Below are positions 38,890-53,689 of a stretch of 64,000 bases of DNA, piece after piece. Numbering within the stretch: position 1 is the first letter of the stretch; the number at the start of each line of letters is the position of its first letter. Origin of the DNA: Spongospora subterranea f. sp. subterranea (Eukaryota); contig JAUGWO010000120.1 in the NCBI GenBank assembly GCA_049724395.1, positions 1 through 64,000 on the forward strand, given 5' to 3'. The notes beneath the pieces were generated by a model that ran no database searches, was not told the DNA's origin, and worked only from the letters and a program-made list of their open reading frames with translations. A program made the position numbers and the translations under genes.

Positions 38890-41800
38890 CACATCTGTAC
38901 AATTTATATATAATCAGCAATCTCCTGCGAATGGTCCATGAAAATATTGCCGGTTCTGAATGTTCCGGTGATTACTTCACACAGCGGATATGCAAACTTT
39001 CGGAACAGAGGAATTTGTAGGAATATTTACAGCAATTGTTGGCAACGGACTTTAATTGTTTTTAGTCTTTTCTGAAAACTAGGATTATCAGGTCGTAATT
39101 CGAGTGCGCGAACGGCATCGACATGTGCATTGAAGAAACTCGTTTTTAAAACAAAGCATTCAGACCTGTGCAAACAAAATCAGAAAAAAGTGCTACTCTT
39201 ACCAATTTCGCATTAGAAATTAGAACCTATCAGCAATACAAGCTATGCATTCATCACTCAGGCTGTCATCCAAGTGCTCAAGAAGTTGTACTGCACTGCT
39301 ATAGGCAGAAATGGCGGCATCAAACTCACCTATATTCCGGTTACAGTAACAAAGAACTTTTAGCGACACGCACGAAGAAGAGCTACGAATACATACCTCT
39401 TTCCATCAGTTCCTTTCCTCTAGCCTTGGCGTCGGCAGCATTGTCTAATGCTATACTACGCAAACGGTCTAAATCGATCGCACTACAAACTAACATTGTT
39501 AGATTTCGAACAGCTGTTTCATAGTGTCACATTGGCGATTACGTACACTGGCTGTTTATGGAGAAAATGTTGCAAGATAAGAATCAAAGCAACGCCTTCT
39601 TCTATCGTCTGTGTTATATGCTTAGAAATACTTTTTGAATGGGTTTTGTATCCAATAACGCGAACGTCACTGCCATAGGCTCCTGTACCCAGCTGTGTCA
39701 TTGCCTAAAGGACGATAAGAACATGACTTGGCACGACACCACAAGTTAACCAGATATCTATGGTTGAATTTTATCGACAAAAATTGACCCTTCCTCTTAC
39801 CATTAACGTTATGTGGCAACAGAACTTTGGCAAAATCAATGCGACCCAGAAAAAAAAAATGGAATCCACATTGAAGAAACAAGTGCGAAAATAATAAATA
39901 AATGATCGAGTCCAACTCAATACTGTACATGATGAAAGAAAGCGAGCTCCGATAAAACCTGGGCTGGCAAAGGACGAACTCGAACGATGTTGGCCAAACA
40001 CGATAAGGTACCATTGATTGTACCAAGAACATTGGCGATAAATTTCATGATGGACCCCTCATCTAAATCCGTCTCTGGATGAAACTTTTTTCGATCTGCT
40101 CAACAAGAGTTAGTGATAATAATCTCCCTGTGAAAACACTACAATACTCATGCAATATGTACAAACAACATTTCAGCGAAATACAGCAGCACAACAAGAA
40201 CCGTTGAAATACTGAAAAAAAGGATGAATCGTGACTTTCATGCAAACAAACAAAATTTAAATTACACCTGAAAGAATCCGTGGTTTCTGCCTAGGATCAG
40301 AGACGACCCAATGCACCAGCTCATTCATTAGGCTTCCTTCAGAGTTATCACAAAGCATAAACCGGTCAATGCACCAGACTTCGAACTTGAAGCGCAGCTT
40401 GCACGATTGCAAATGGGTCTCGGTGAAATCTGAATTTACTTGTCGTTACTACCCCGCATAAGTGCAAGCAACGCGAGCGAAAGGTAAACCAACGAGCAAA
40501 CGCGTTGACAAATTAAAAATTAGCAGCACTGACATACAATGATCGGGGCGGAACTCGGTAGAATACTGCGGATCGAGATGAGTGACGACCGATATGAGGT
40601 CAGCGAGCATACTTCCGGTCAACGACATGGGATAGGCGGCTAGAACTCCACCGTTTTGCGACAAACATCTCAAGGCCATGCGGCACATGCAGGTCTCCGT
40701 CGCCTCATCTAGATATGTCTGTAGAACCGTTCTACAACCACAATGAATATGGAGGACTTGATATGGGAAGTGCCCTCACTCATTGGCTGTGGCATGCAGG
40801 TACAAGAACGACTGGGATAATGACTCGATGATTTTCGCTACCAGTCGAGGGGACCTCTCGAATTCAACGCGAAATTCCGCATCGTTATCCCTAATCAGAC
40901 ACATTAAACGTCACAACACCACTGCCTTGGAAGGATGAACAGACAACCTGGGGATGGCGCAGCGTTGTCTATACAGTTCTTCACCGATCGCTGGACTTTG
41001 CAGTTGATCGTAAAGAAGAAGTGCCAAGTGAAACGCGCGGCTGCAGATGCCACCAAGCAGGACCTGCTGATCAACAAAGAATTCATCTTCGGTTCGATAT
41101 GCACCAAACCGAGACATGTGGGTTATGATTTCAGATGCGTCCAGCATCAAGTTGAACGCCGAATTAGGGCTCGATAAAATCTAATTCGATGTTGAGCAAC
41201 TTCGAGATCAAACAATGATCCAAAATCGATTCATATGTCAACAATGCGAAAAAAAATATGCGAAGGGAACGCTTCGGGTTGCTAAGACGCCGCAACAATG
41301 AAAAGTTGATTACCTGATCAAGATATTGACAGCAGTCAGAGGCAAGAATAGAGTTACATATATCATATGGAGACGATGAAGATACGAGACAGTTTGACAA
41401 AATTTTCAGCGAGATAGTGGCGTATAACTTGTTCGACAGCAACGAGACAACAGCAGGAATGAAGCGAGGATTGGAAATAAAATCGTTGATATAAGATGTC
41501 CTGGGGATCGTGAACTGCTGAAGGTATCCCGGGAGAAGTGTCGTCCAGTTATCGTCAAGATATAATTTCGATGGCGATGAACGGTCATGATCGCCAGGGA
41601 AAAGTATACGATTAATGATTTGATCAATGAACAAGGTCCCTAAACGTGGCGTCACACATGAATATAACCGGCTCGATATTGATTTGGGAACATTGCTTAC
41701 TTGGATGTTGAGTTGTAATCAATTGATCCAACTGGTCCGTTCCTTGATACGAAGGTGGTGGTGTGACAACATTAAGGGTTTTTAGCTGACCTAATAACAG

Positions 41801-41929
41801 GGCCACATTCGACATGGAATCGCCAGGAATACCTGAGAGTATTGTCGCCGTGAAGTAGTAACCGAACAGTGGCGCAATATCATGCAACACCAACGCGTAC
41901 AGTACTTCTGTAATCTGTACCCACCGCAC
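38890..41929 (-). CDS. Multi-exon helical-repeat (ARM-like) protein with C-terminal TPR motifs (boundaries uncertain)
   Basis: Series of minus-strand exons with GT-AG introns; TPR-like AADAKARGKELME...GEFDAAISAYSSAV...DAVRALELRPDNP. Confidence 0.5.
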
Positions 41930-44900
41930 ACTCGTCCCTGCCAGTCTGCGACAGAATTATTCAGATTTCAGACTCAGAGCGGACTCGCCCCAGTCAGCAT
42001 CCGTCGCCGTCGGGTCTCGGGTGCTCCTACGCCAGCAGCAAGCGCCGCCGACTACAGATTAGTTAAACTCTCTATATCCTCAGTTGCAATCTGGCTCTAT
42101 AGGCGGCTGACATGATTGATCAATTGTTCGAAAACTGAATGCCGAAAACGATTGTCGCTGACCTTTTTTTGCCCTGTGATGGCTTATTTATGAACAACTT
42201 GAAAATTTGCCCAAAATCCTGCCGAGATTGTTTAATTCGGCGATAACTTTTTCGCTGATCTTGACTGATTCAAATATTTTTGACACGGTAATTGTTCATT
42301 CTTGACTTTAGGGAAGTGTTGACAAAAGCCTCTGGCATAACCTTCAGATACAGAAAAATTTACTCGATTGTCGCCTTTATATTTTTATGGTTTAGGGTCA
42401 CGATGGTTTGATTGTGAGGAGGTGTGGGCTAAAAATGCGGATGAAAGACTATCAAACAGTGTAAAAAGCAATACAATAGCAAGATTTCACTAGATTGAGT
42501 ACATCGAGATTAAACGGACGCGTCGGCATCGTAGTGATGATGACTTTATCGTCAATTCTTGACATCTGGCACATAACGTTCGAAGCAAGGCTCTATCCAT
42601 CGGTTTCAATTTCAGTATTTTATCGTTGCACATTCCCAAGACATATTTTTAGTATTTTGGGGCGAAATTGTCGTCAAATGAAACCATTGTCGTTAGATGG
42701 CCCATGACCAAAGGGGTCAATCCTTCACCAACCAATTGGCGGTATTTTATGTAGTATTGGCAAACACAGTTCGGAAAGGATATTTCGAAAATTGGAGTGT
42801 AACCAGATTATGGTTCTGTAATTGAAACAACTCAATGAGAAGCTGACCGCGAGGTTGATAAGTGCAGTCAATCCATCTCAATTGTCTATTGGTTGCGATC
42901 TGTCGGTATTCACGACAAACTTCCGAGTATTTGGGTCGATCCTCTCCCCGACTCAGATGTTTATGAGGATGTAAATCAATTCACTTTTAAATTTAGTCAT
43001 TTCTGCGTATTACTTGCTCTCGTAGACTCTACTGACCACCTCCGTCGACAACAGTTCTCCACAATAATGAAAAATAGTGAGAGGCGTATGGCATAAAAAG
43101 ACTTATCAGCGTAACTGCTTCGAAATTTCCGGAGATTCCTGCTAAACTTCGTCACCGGAAGTTCAGATTCATTGGACGAATTTTGAACGGTGAAAAGTTT
43201 TCATATGAAACCATGTAAGGAAAGTTGATGTAAACAGGCGCTAATGCTGAACGCAGACGAAAATGTTCAGGCATTGCGACTCCTTAGGAAGGAGCAACAA
43301 ATCCATCAAATTCTTCTATGACCAAGATGATGAGATCAAATCGTCCAGTAGTGAAAAGAATTATGCCCAGAACACTCGTTGGCTGTCGGACGACATGAAC
43401 GAATGGGTTCTAACAATGAAAAACATTTTGATTTCGTCTTGAACGATTCTTCAGTGATTCCCCCCATGATATATTTTTGGTTTAGGCCAACTTTGATTTT
43501 GGCGTGATCTGCGGGTGTTCGACCTGTGAGCGTACTGGAACCAAATTATGCGAAAGAGCGTCCGTTGTGCTCGCGGTGTCTCTGTCCTGGGAAATACGCC
43601 GTCATTCATTGTTGTTGAGGCAAAAGCAGCGCAAGAATGGGTTGAAAGTTAACTGCACTCGACAAATCCGACTTTTATGTTCTATACTGATTGAACTCAT
43701 CTATTGCCTGTTCAAAAATGTTCATTGTTACGGACGAGGGCCGGAACGAGAGCGGAAACAAAGGTGGGCTAGGGCGATGGTTGGAACTATCTAGGATGGC
43801 TGAACGAAGGTGTATTCACATAAGGAGGTGTACAGTACCTGCCACGTTTGACCTGGGCTGGGCTTGTTCACATAGCGCTGATGAAATCAAGGGATGCGCT
43901 TGCGTAGGTTTGAGAATTGTCAGCGATGCCGCTTGCGGTCCGACGTTGCTCAGATTGAATTACTGCCTTATGTGAATATACCTTCGTTCAGATTGTACGT
44001 CCTCGTTCCCATCACCTTCGTTTCCGTCCTAGTTCCGACCATCGTCCTAGTCCAACTTCGTCTTAGCAGTTTCACCTCTCGTTCCGACCACGTCCGTAAG
44101 AGTTATGGATTGATGGAGTTCTATGCTCGAATGAGTGGATGGCGTGCCAAGTGAATGAATACGGCAACGCAGCTGTCAGCGCTCTCTGTCAACAGCGAGG
44201 AATTCACTGGCATTGGGACCAACCCGTTGGTGCATGACTTAGTGAAAAAAATGCTGACTCAAATTGTATTCCATGAAGGCACGGCACGTAGAACGGTTCA
44301 GGTGCATAATGCTCTGCTGGATGGCGGCATCAACACGCCGTTTCACGACTACACTATTGATGAGACTGACCTCAGGGTCCTGCAAGATCCTGGTGATTGT
44401 CAAACATAATCAATTCTCCTCAGTCCCCAGTTGAATGGGAATTGTTACAGGTTTGCGTTGACAATTGTGGGCAACAATATCCATCCTATATGATCAAGAG
44501 CACGTGGCAACATGATAGGGTTCGATCAGTGAACGGCCCTATCAAACAATCATATGATCGCCACCATTCTATATAGACACACTATTCACATCATGGGACA
44601 GCATTAACACCAGGAACTCGTACTCACTGCTGTGATCAACGTCCATTCTGCGACTTCATGAATGGTCAATATTCTCAGAGAATTCAATTATTTGCTTCGG
44701 AAAACAACTGTCAGGAAGACTTATGGGCCGGCCTTTACAGAAACACAAGCAAGTTGCCGACCTTCCTGGAAAATTTCCATCAATTAGTCGTTTAGGATTC
44801 AAACAGAACACACATTGGTCGGGTAATCCTGTGTACTACCAGGTTTTCCCTACTTCCGCCTGGCCGCTATAAGTACCTTGGGTATCCACTGAAGGAACCT

Positions 44901-45429
44901 ATTAGACCAGCTGGATTCACCTCCATAACCTGTCCTAACGACCACACCAAATGGGACCTGCCCCCACCAGATTACATTGCCTATCCAGAGTTATCGAGTT
45001 CACTGCAAGCAGCTCACTCTCTCACATTCATCATGGCCATTGTGAGACCCAATAAAAATGCTTCATTGAGGTTACTCCTGGTCGTTGGTTTAAAAAAAAC
45101 AGCTATGCGCAGGCTTATCGACCTGACCGTCTCATGGCTCCAGATTGCTGTTTTGAACGTTGTTCTGGGAGTGTTTGTATAATCGTCTGCTTTATGGAGG
45201 CGATTTTTTGAAATGTTTTCATTGCAATACCTCCTGCTCGGATGTTCCGCCATTGTTTATCGGAGTTCCTGCACTTGATCGTGTCATCCATTTCATTTGG
45301 TATCCTGTCGACTCCTGCTAGTAAAAGTTCCTTTCCTCAAGTTATTTGTTGCAGCGGTTGCACCCCAAACTACAATACGCATCCTCCTAAGCTAGTCAAA
45401 GGGCATCAAACTGGTTTATGCATCATATC

Positions 45430-46450
45430 AACTTAGTATACAGCCTACATAAATGCGGATCTCGAAACCGACATCTATTTCGCCCAACCAGCTGAATGTG
45501 AAAAACAAGGTCAAGGTCCTGAAAAAGAACAGTTAGTTTGCCACCTTCATAAGGCCATATATATTTCAAACAAATTGGCTGAGCTTATTTCTTACACCTT
45601 ATTTCAATCCTCAAGCAATTCGGATTTCACACCCAACCGCACTGATTCTTGCCAATTCTTGAGACATTGAACAACGCACACGTAGACGTCGCAACCTAAG
45701 TAGATGACATCCTCATCGCCAGCAAGAACCGGAGCCTTTCACAAGAAGTTGAAGGAAACCTGTTAGGACACGTTCAATACATACGATGTCTTTCACATAA
45801 CCAAGGAAAATCTGGGTCTGTTAAGCCACTCAGGAACAGTATTGTCAAAGGGTCCTGGAAAAAGCCAACATGCTCACGTGCAATCCGTCCCGAGTTCCTT
45901 CGAACAAAGAACAACAACATGCGGCCTCATTTCAGGCAACACAGGTTCAGTAACTGACTCAAACGAATCCTTCCCATATCGATCAGTTGCCCGCACCCTG
46001 ATGCATCCTGCTAACTGCTTTCGGCCAGACATCATGCAAGCAGCACATCATGCCGCCCATAGCGTCGTCAGCCCGACAGTTGCCAACGTTATCGTCGCCC
46101 TATTTGCTACCGCAGAAGCTGAATATATTGAAATGGCTGATGCGGCCCCAAACAAACAAACATTGCATGTTGCTCACCTCCTCCCGCACGAGACGCGATT
46201 TGAACCAATTTCAATCATAATGCACAACGACAATATCGCAGCTGTCAAGATTGCCCATGACGTCCTATTGATATCACGAATTAAGCATAGCTCCTTGAAG
46301 TTTCACATTGTAAGCGATCATGGCGAAATGGGTCAGGCACTGCCCCACTACCGAGATCGTAACCGATTTACTTACAAAAGCATTGAGGTTTACCCAATAT
46401 TTACACCTTCGTCCTTTTCTTGGCAATTACAAATCGAAAGAGAATGTTAA
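45430..46450 (+). mobile_element. Degenerate Ty1/copia RT-RNase H remnant
   Basis: TAYINADLETDIYFAQP; VDDILIAS; FPYRS...RPDIMQA; TAEAEYI; DNIAAVKIA...IKH. Ends in a purine tract followed by TGTT. Confidence 0.85.
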
Positions 46451-47371
46451 CTGTATAAGGTGTAAGTGTTAACTTATTCTGTAAAAGGTGTAAGGAGCTA
46501 CAGCAATCAAGGTGGAACAATCTCAGGTGCCCTTTTGCAAAAAGTCCACCCTTAAGTTCTGAGCGGTGTTACTCCTTTCAACGAACCTCACTTTTTCTTG
46601 TTTCCTTCAATCTCTCATCCGATTTCATATTGCAAAGAGTTCCAATCCTGTAAAGTCCATAGGATCTATCAACTCCTTCTCCTTTGTCTGGCAAGACTTT
46701 CAGCGAAACCCTGTCGTCAGATGAAATTGCAATTCGACAATCGCAACTTTACGAGTAATCGCTGTTTTACTCAAAGTCGTAGAACATTGCCCATAGGATC
46801 CTGATCTTATCAGCCCCTGCTCAAGTTCTCAAGTCAAATGGCAAATCTCAGCAAAAGTGGCATTGCCTGACTCCATCGCTTTTTATAGTAGACAAACGAC
46901 CTTCAGAGTCGGTTTTCTGGTCGGCTGTAATCGTTCAGAGCATTGCTCACAGTGCTTCCTGGTTCGGCACTTTGATTTTGCATCATCCTCAAACTGTGAA
47001 AGTACTATTCACTCAAGTTGGTAAATACTGAATCCCGAATCAGAAATTGCTAACAAATAAAAGTACTTTTGCTGATGGAGCTTTTTGTGCATGCCTAATA
47101 ACTCGCTACTCCGCTATGTAATCGGCAAAGACTTTGACAGTTAAAATTGTACTCAACATGTTCACGATTTCAAGTCAGCCATTTGAATCTTTAGCTGCTA
47201 ACCGACAAGAAAAGTTCAGCTTCTTCATTATTCTTCACCATAATTTTCGCAGATAACATTGCCGTACTGTAATGAAGGTGCACGACAGTTGCCCCAGCAG
47301 GCGAAATCCCAGATAGCCAAAATATTGAGCGGTAACGAGAGGAAACTGAAGCTGCAGAGAAGTTGAACATT

Positions 47372-49001
47372 TCATATATATATTGATTTGACACTAAACA
47401 ACAGAACAAAGAGCGCAATGATTACGGTTAAATGAGTTAACCTGAGCCTTTGACGATTGCTGAAGTCTGCAACATTTTCACGAACCAACATTGAAAGTCG
47501 CGTTGAAAATGCATCGAGCCCAAATCTATTGATCACATGTTGACGCCCTTCGCACCCCATTTTCAGGCTTTTTCTACACCACAATTGTCAAAAAGTGAGA
47601 ACATACTGACATCAAAGCCTGAACTCAGGGTTTTGTAAAACGAATTCCATTTTTTCTGCAAAAGCAGAAGGACTAGGGTCACATAAAAACCCTAAAATAA
47701 GGATTAGATTTAGCAAGACAGTAAAAATAGACCTAACCTGTTTCCCCATCGACAATCGATTCGAGCGGTCCACCGGAATTGGCGGCGATTACTAGCCTTC
47801 CCGCATACATTGCTTCAATTGGAACAATGCCAAGCCGAATGTTCGTTTTGTGGAGTATACAGCACTGCAACACATTGGCTAAGAAGATATGAGCGCTGCT
47901 GATCAGTGAACGATTTTAGAAATATCACGTCGCCGTTCATGTGTGGGAAATCCGATACACTGATGGCATTCAACCGTGCTATTTGCTTCAGTTCGATTTC
48001 GTACTCAATATTTTCTGGTACCCGACTATCGTAGCCACCTGCAACGATTAATTTTGCGTTGCACTTTACCAAAGTAAATTTAAGATAGCAAAATGCATTT
48101 ATCGCCAACTCAATACATTTTTTCCTTTCGAACCGATTTATGGAAACAAACAGGGGCACCCCGGCAGAACCGAAGGATCTAGATAGAGGTCAAATAGCGA
48201 TGAACGCAACAGCATCCCAACATACTTTGGAGGAAGGTCACTAGATTCTTCCCAAATAAAGTTTCGATCGTATTTAGCAAGATTAATGCTAGGATAGAGC
48301 ACTTGTGGAACGCATTTTATCCAAGTGAAAGTTTGGGCGAAAGTTTGTCTGGTAAACTCCGAATTAACTAAAATGCAATCTGCAAGGGCGGTAGTCGCCT
48401 GTTAGAGCAACGTTTAGATTAGAAAATAGAAGTATCAACAACAACAACGATACGTCGGACCTGTTCGAAGACATCAAATGGCAAACGATAGATACTCTTT
48501 ATCAGCGAAGTCCTCGAAGATAGAAGTTGATCAGGAAAATGGCAGTAAAATATGAGTGGAATATTCATTAGCTTAAAAATACAGGAATATGCGGAAATCT
48601 GCGAAAATAAAAGTTCACAAGCCGGAAAGAAAGACAAGAGCACCAAAGTAGAGGATTATATGAAATCACCAAAATAATATGAATCTGTAAATGATTACCT
48701 GGTCGAATAGAATAACATCAGGATACGGGAAGGAAAGCCATACCCGTGCAGAAAGATACAACGCCCTTATTGTGGCGCATAGAATTTTACCCCGGCCTCG
48801 TATAGAGGTTGGAAGAAAATCTCCATAAACCACGACTGGAACGGTGCCATCTGTTGTCTCCGAGAATGCGTGTTGTTTGTCATGATGCGAGGTGTAGATA
48901 GTGATGGAATAACCCTGGTTGATGAGGCCAACCGCAGCATCCACGATCAGCCTTTCCGCGCCTCCAATGCCAAGATCAGGATGAGCAATAATCACTTTCA
49001 T
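47372..49001 (-). CDS. ALG2: Alpha-1,3/1,6-mannosyltransferase ALG2 (multi-exon)
   Basis: HPDLGIGGAERLIVDAA; FYCHFPDQLL; SINRFERKK; AGGYDSRVPENIEY; LYTPQNEH..GIVPIEAM...NSGGPLESI. Confidence 0.95.
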
Positions 49002-49159
49002 CGGCTCAATGATAAGTGTATAGATAAGTCGATACGCATAAGCTGAACAGGTGCGCAGTATTTCCCAGGAGTTCCTTCACCCTTCAACCAGACTCATTGA
49101 TCAACAGAAAAATGGACAAACAGACCCTTCCGCTTGTTTATTCGGCGGGAGCACTGACA

Positions 49160-49763
49160 AGAACTTGGAACTGATCGGTTACGCGGATGCGGATTATGCA
49201 GGATGTACCGAGACGCGGCGCTCGACCTCAGGATACGTGTTCCTGATGAACGGAGGCCCTGTCAGTTGGTCAAGCCGACAACAGGAGTACATTTCTTTAA
49301 ACGCGGCGGCGAAGGAGGCCCTATGGCTGCGGAACCTGTTATCGGAGGTAGGCCAGGGGCAAACAGCTGCGACAAAGATCATGGAAGACAACCAGAGCAC
49401 GATTGCGCTCGCCACGAACGGCAGGTCGAGGAAACGAACGAAACATATCGACGTTCGATTCCATTTCGTACGGGAGATGGTCGAGGCAAACCGGATCAAG
49501 CTGGTCTACTGCCCCAGCGAGGAGAAAGCCCTACCCGTCGGCAAGTTCCGAGAGTTTCGCGGCAGGCTCATGTGCGGCGGTACCAGCTGTACGCGCGGGC
49601 GGGAGTGTTGAAACTGATGACCGACGCGCTGCAGCTGGCTACATGCTGAGCTGTAATCGTTAAGGGCGGTGTGTTTCTCTCTCTCCTGACCCTGAGACAA
49701 CGCAATCCCGGTCTGATCACCTCTTGTGCTGTCCTCAGAGTCCTAATCAAGGTGTTGACAACA
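49160..49763 (+). mobile_element. Ty1/copia 3' fragment: RNase H + PPT + 3' LTR (49606-49763)
   Basis: LIGYADADYAGCTETRRSTSGY...EDNQSTI...TKHIDVRFHFVRE; GCGGGAG tract followed by a TGTTG...CAACA LTR. Confidence 0.92.
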
Positions 49764-50159
49764 TGTCAGGATTAAACGGAATCGCATCGGCGCCAGTCTC
49801 GCCCAACGGCCCAGCGACCGGCGATACCCACATTACCCACCATGGGGACGCAAGAATAATAGAGACTTGACATCTAAAAGGAGCCGACATCGATATCCCA
49901 AAGACTTTCCATTCACAGCGTTTCGGCAAAAGGATTTACGTATTCGTGCGTCGCATGCAATACCAGGTTGACCAGCGGCCAAAAAAGACTAGTTGCCAAC
50001 CGCATACACTATTTATGGACCAGAATTCATGTCAATCATCGCCCATTTGCACTTGACATGCGATCATGTACTGGAGAGCAGAAGCTGTTAAGGGTGTTAA
50101 GCCTGTACCAGTCAAGCACACAATATCGTAGTAGATTGAGAATAATGTTTGACAAATGA

Positions 50160-51330
50160 TACATCGGATAGAAGGCGTATCCCGCAAGCACAGCCCTATA
50201 CCCATCAACATCCAATGTCTTGGGACGACGCCAAGACCGGTATTCTGTCAACGCTTTTCAATTTCAAGCCTCTGCGCCAGTATTCCGCCCATCAGGACAT
50301 TGTGTGTTCATCGATGAATTGGCAAACCTCACAGCCTGTCCGAGCTGCGGCAGCACAAATAAGGTTCCTTTTCTATACATGCCCATCAGATTGTTTCAGC
50401 AAACCATCTTTGATTGTCGTCATATTCGACGCCAATATATCGGTTCGCTGATAAACTTCGAGTCCCGTTTCTTGCACCTGAATAAGACGCCTCCCTTCGC
50501 ACATGTTGAATATGCAGCAAATTTCCTACTAATCAACATTTGAACTTCATCAACTCCGTTCGTTAGGAAGCGAGATCGTCTGTGAATCGCTGATCCTTGC
50601 GATAATGCATTCCTGCAAACTCGCAGGGAAAACACCCTGTTGCTTCCAGAACTGAGATTGCAATATGACATTGATCACTTGTTGCGAACAACAATTCGTG
50701 TCGAGAACCAAGTTGTTTCGTATGAATTGCTCCCGTCAGATCCCTCTCTTCTGGCCCAAATTTTAATCAATATTCGCGACTGTTCGAAAATTGCCCTGCC
50801 ATCCAAAACAAGTCGTTTTGGTGCAGATATTCTGCATGATTATCTGCTCTAAAACATGTGGCAATTAGCTGCTCACAATAGTTCTTCATAACGTTAATTG
50901 CAGAGCCTTTGACTGCAAACAAGAGACCCTTCAGCGTCATCATGTATCGCTCGTGCGAGGGGAGGCGTCTTATTCAGGTGCAAGAAACGGGACTCGAAGA
51001 TTTTATCAAGGAACCGATATATTGGCGTCGAATATGACGACGATCAAAGATGGTTTGCTGAAACAATCTGATGGGCATATATAGAAAAGGAATCTTATTT
51101 GTGCTGCCGCAGCTCTTTGTGAGGTTTGCCAATTCATCGATGAACACACAATGTCCTGATGGGCAGGAATACTGGAGCGTTGCTGATGTCTGCAGTTAAT
51201 GGGATGATCGAGGAATCGATCAATTACAGTGTATAGAGGAACACCATTGTCGGCAATTTGAATTTCTTTTCGTCGGATTCGGTTGGCGAATGATGTCTTG
51301 GGACAGGTTTCACAGAACACGAAGCCTCTA
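50160..51330. mobile_element. CACTA/EnSpm-like transposase remnants, present as inverted duplicates
   Basis: PSGHCVFIDELANLTACPSCGSTNKVPFLYMPIRLF (Cys cluster + FxYxP, as in EnSpm tnp2) at 50278-50502 (+) and 50952-51175 (-). Confidence 0.55.
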
Positions 51331-53149
51331 CTCGCATGCAGATATTGAACATTCTGAAATAACCCTTCTATTGACCCGTAGATGTTGAGACTATTGCCGA
51401 TAATTCAACGCAGCCAATCATACCTGGCTTTGCCGTATTCTCCATCTTGAATGGATCTGAAGCATGATCTCAATAAAATGTCTTGCTCAGCGACATCGAC
51501 CAGCTGGAATTTGTGCATAGAGTACAAAAGCATCAGAGGTGCGTCCAATGGGACAGGTATTTGTATCTGTCATTTCGCGATATGTAAAAGACCACGATAT
51601 ACCAATTAATGTCGCCCAACTAATGCCATTTCCCAACTTTGGAACTTTGTTCTTGCTGCCTTTTAATCGACCACTAGACTTTTGGGTTATGATGAGTGTG
51701 CAAGTTGTATCTGGTGGTCTTCCATCGTTGTAAAAATTGTGCTTCCGCTTCCTGGGATTGACATATCTCATTCGCATTCCAGCTTCCGCCAGTTTGTAAT
51801 CAACCTATAATTGTGAACCCTCTGTGCAATAATGTCACACTCTGTCGTGAATTGTGGATCTTCAAAAGGGCTTTCCACTCAATGTGCTGCAATTCACGGT
51901 CATGATGAGGACGTGGAGAAAGCAAACTTGGATCGAATACTGGGAATACGTGGTCTTTCAATGTGTGGACACCCAGCGAGTGGACCCAAATACACACACA
52001 GGCACTTCTTGTTATGAACAGTAATACCAGACTTTAGGGTGTTGTGCCAATACACAATCATTGCCCAACCAACCACCGCGCAATCCTTTGCAGTAAAACC
52101 TTCCACAATTTGGGATACGTAGGTTAAATCACCATTCGGATAATACGAATCTGATTCGACATGAACACTACTGGATCCATGGAAAGAACGTATGAGCTTG
52201 GGTTCCTCTGCCTTGTTTTCGACAGCAGTAATATTTCGAACGGCTGATTATTGATTCCATCAAATGAATACGATGAGTTGTCATCTAACTGGAATGCAAA
52301 TCGTCAACGGCAAGTAATTAAAGCAGACCGTGTCATTCTGTCACCTTTTGGTTGAGACAACCAAAGTTGTGATCTAATTCAATGGCAAATTGTAAAGGTC
52401 GAGGGATTCAAGGAATCTGTATTTACAACGACTTTGCCTCTATTGCGGTGGCGAAGGCCATGTCATCGCCAACTGTAAACTGAGAATCCCTTCGGTCGAA
52501 TATCTTCCAAAAACTGAGAAGGACGTCGTCAATGAACCGGCGGGTGCCGGCGTCCTCTTTTAATTCAAATACAGAATCGTTGACAACAAAATCCCGCTGT
52601 CTTACCCAAAAGGCTGTCAAATCTCGGTCATCAGCATCGATAATAGTCCTGAGTCTTACTGACCCCTGTTTGTCTTCTTCATTAACGTTTTGATCGAATT
52701 AAAGCAACCGCTTTTATTGATTTTGGCGCATTGACGAACTTCATAGGAAAAAGTTTTGCAATAAAAGCCGCCATTAGGAGTCTGCGGCGCTCTCGTCACC
52801 ATTACTCGTCGAGGTCATGGATGGCCGCCGTTTACCACCCAGCACTCATCACACCCAACAATGTGAAATATATATGGCCGACATGCATTTGAAAGTGTCA
52901 GTTTTACGTAATCGACTCCCCACATTTCAATATTGTTTTGAGAATGTCGTTTTTACGTCAAATTAACCCCGTCATCGATTAAGAGATTCTAACAAAATCA
53001 GCTCAACATCCATCGCCTCAACCACTGATTGTGTCTTCGGTAAATCCGACTCGTCGTCCCTCTGATCAAGACGAATTGGGTTCACCGTCAAAGTCGTTAA
53101 TTGAAGATGAAATTGAGTCGAGTATCGTCACGTCAGATAAATTCTTGGG

Positions 53150-53670
53150 AGTTTGCTGATGTTTTCTCAAGCGAGTTTTCAGATATTTTACCACCTCACC
53201 GAGCGAACATTGACAGCGACATTAATTTGATTGGCAGCCATGGTCCTCTCCCGTACAAACAGTGCTATTCCGTGTCAGGCGAACAGAAGTCGCTTGAGCG
53301 AAAATTTGAGGAAAGGTTTGATCACGCATTCACGCTCAACTTTAGGCTCACCGATAATGTTTGTCAAGAAGAAAGATGGACGTCTTCGTCTATTCGTGTC
53401 TTACAGGGGACTGAACAGCATTACCAAAAAAGATCGATCATGCGTGCGTACAATTTGTTCAGGATCAAAAAAAGGCGATGAATGGAAGACTGCATTTAAC
53501 TGTAACTATGGTCATTTTGAATATCGAGTTATGCCATTCTCCAACGCCAGATGAATGAGTCGTTTCAAGAATATAATGACAAATTTGCGGTGTTATACCT
53601 CGATGATTTATTTATATATTCGTCGAACCCGGTCCAACACGATGTGAATGTCCGACTCGTCTTTGAGGAA
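53150..53670 (+). mobile_element. Degenerate Ty3/gypsy RT N-terminal fragment
   Basis: LPPHRANID; SPIMFVKKKDGRLRL; DEWKTAFNCNYGHFEYRVMPF; YLDDLFIYS. Confidence 0.88.
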
Positions 53671-53689
53671 ATTCAGGGATGGACAATGT

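Noticed and set aside
42150..45000. Possible DDE transposase (42150-43500, -) and LINE RT (YKYLG near 44870, +) remnants
   Set aside because: Too degenerate; only single weak motifs.
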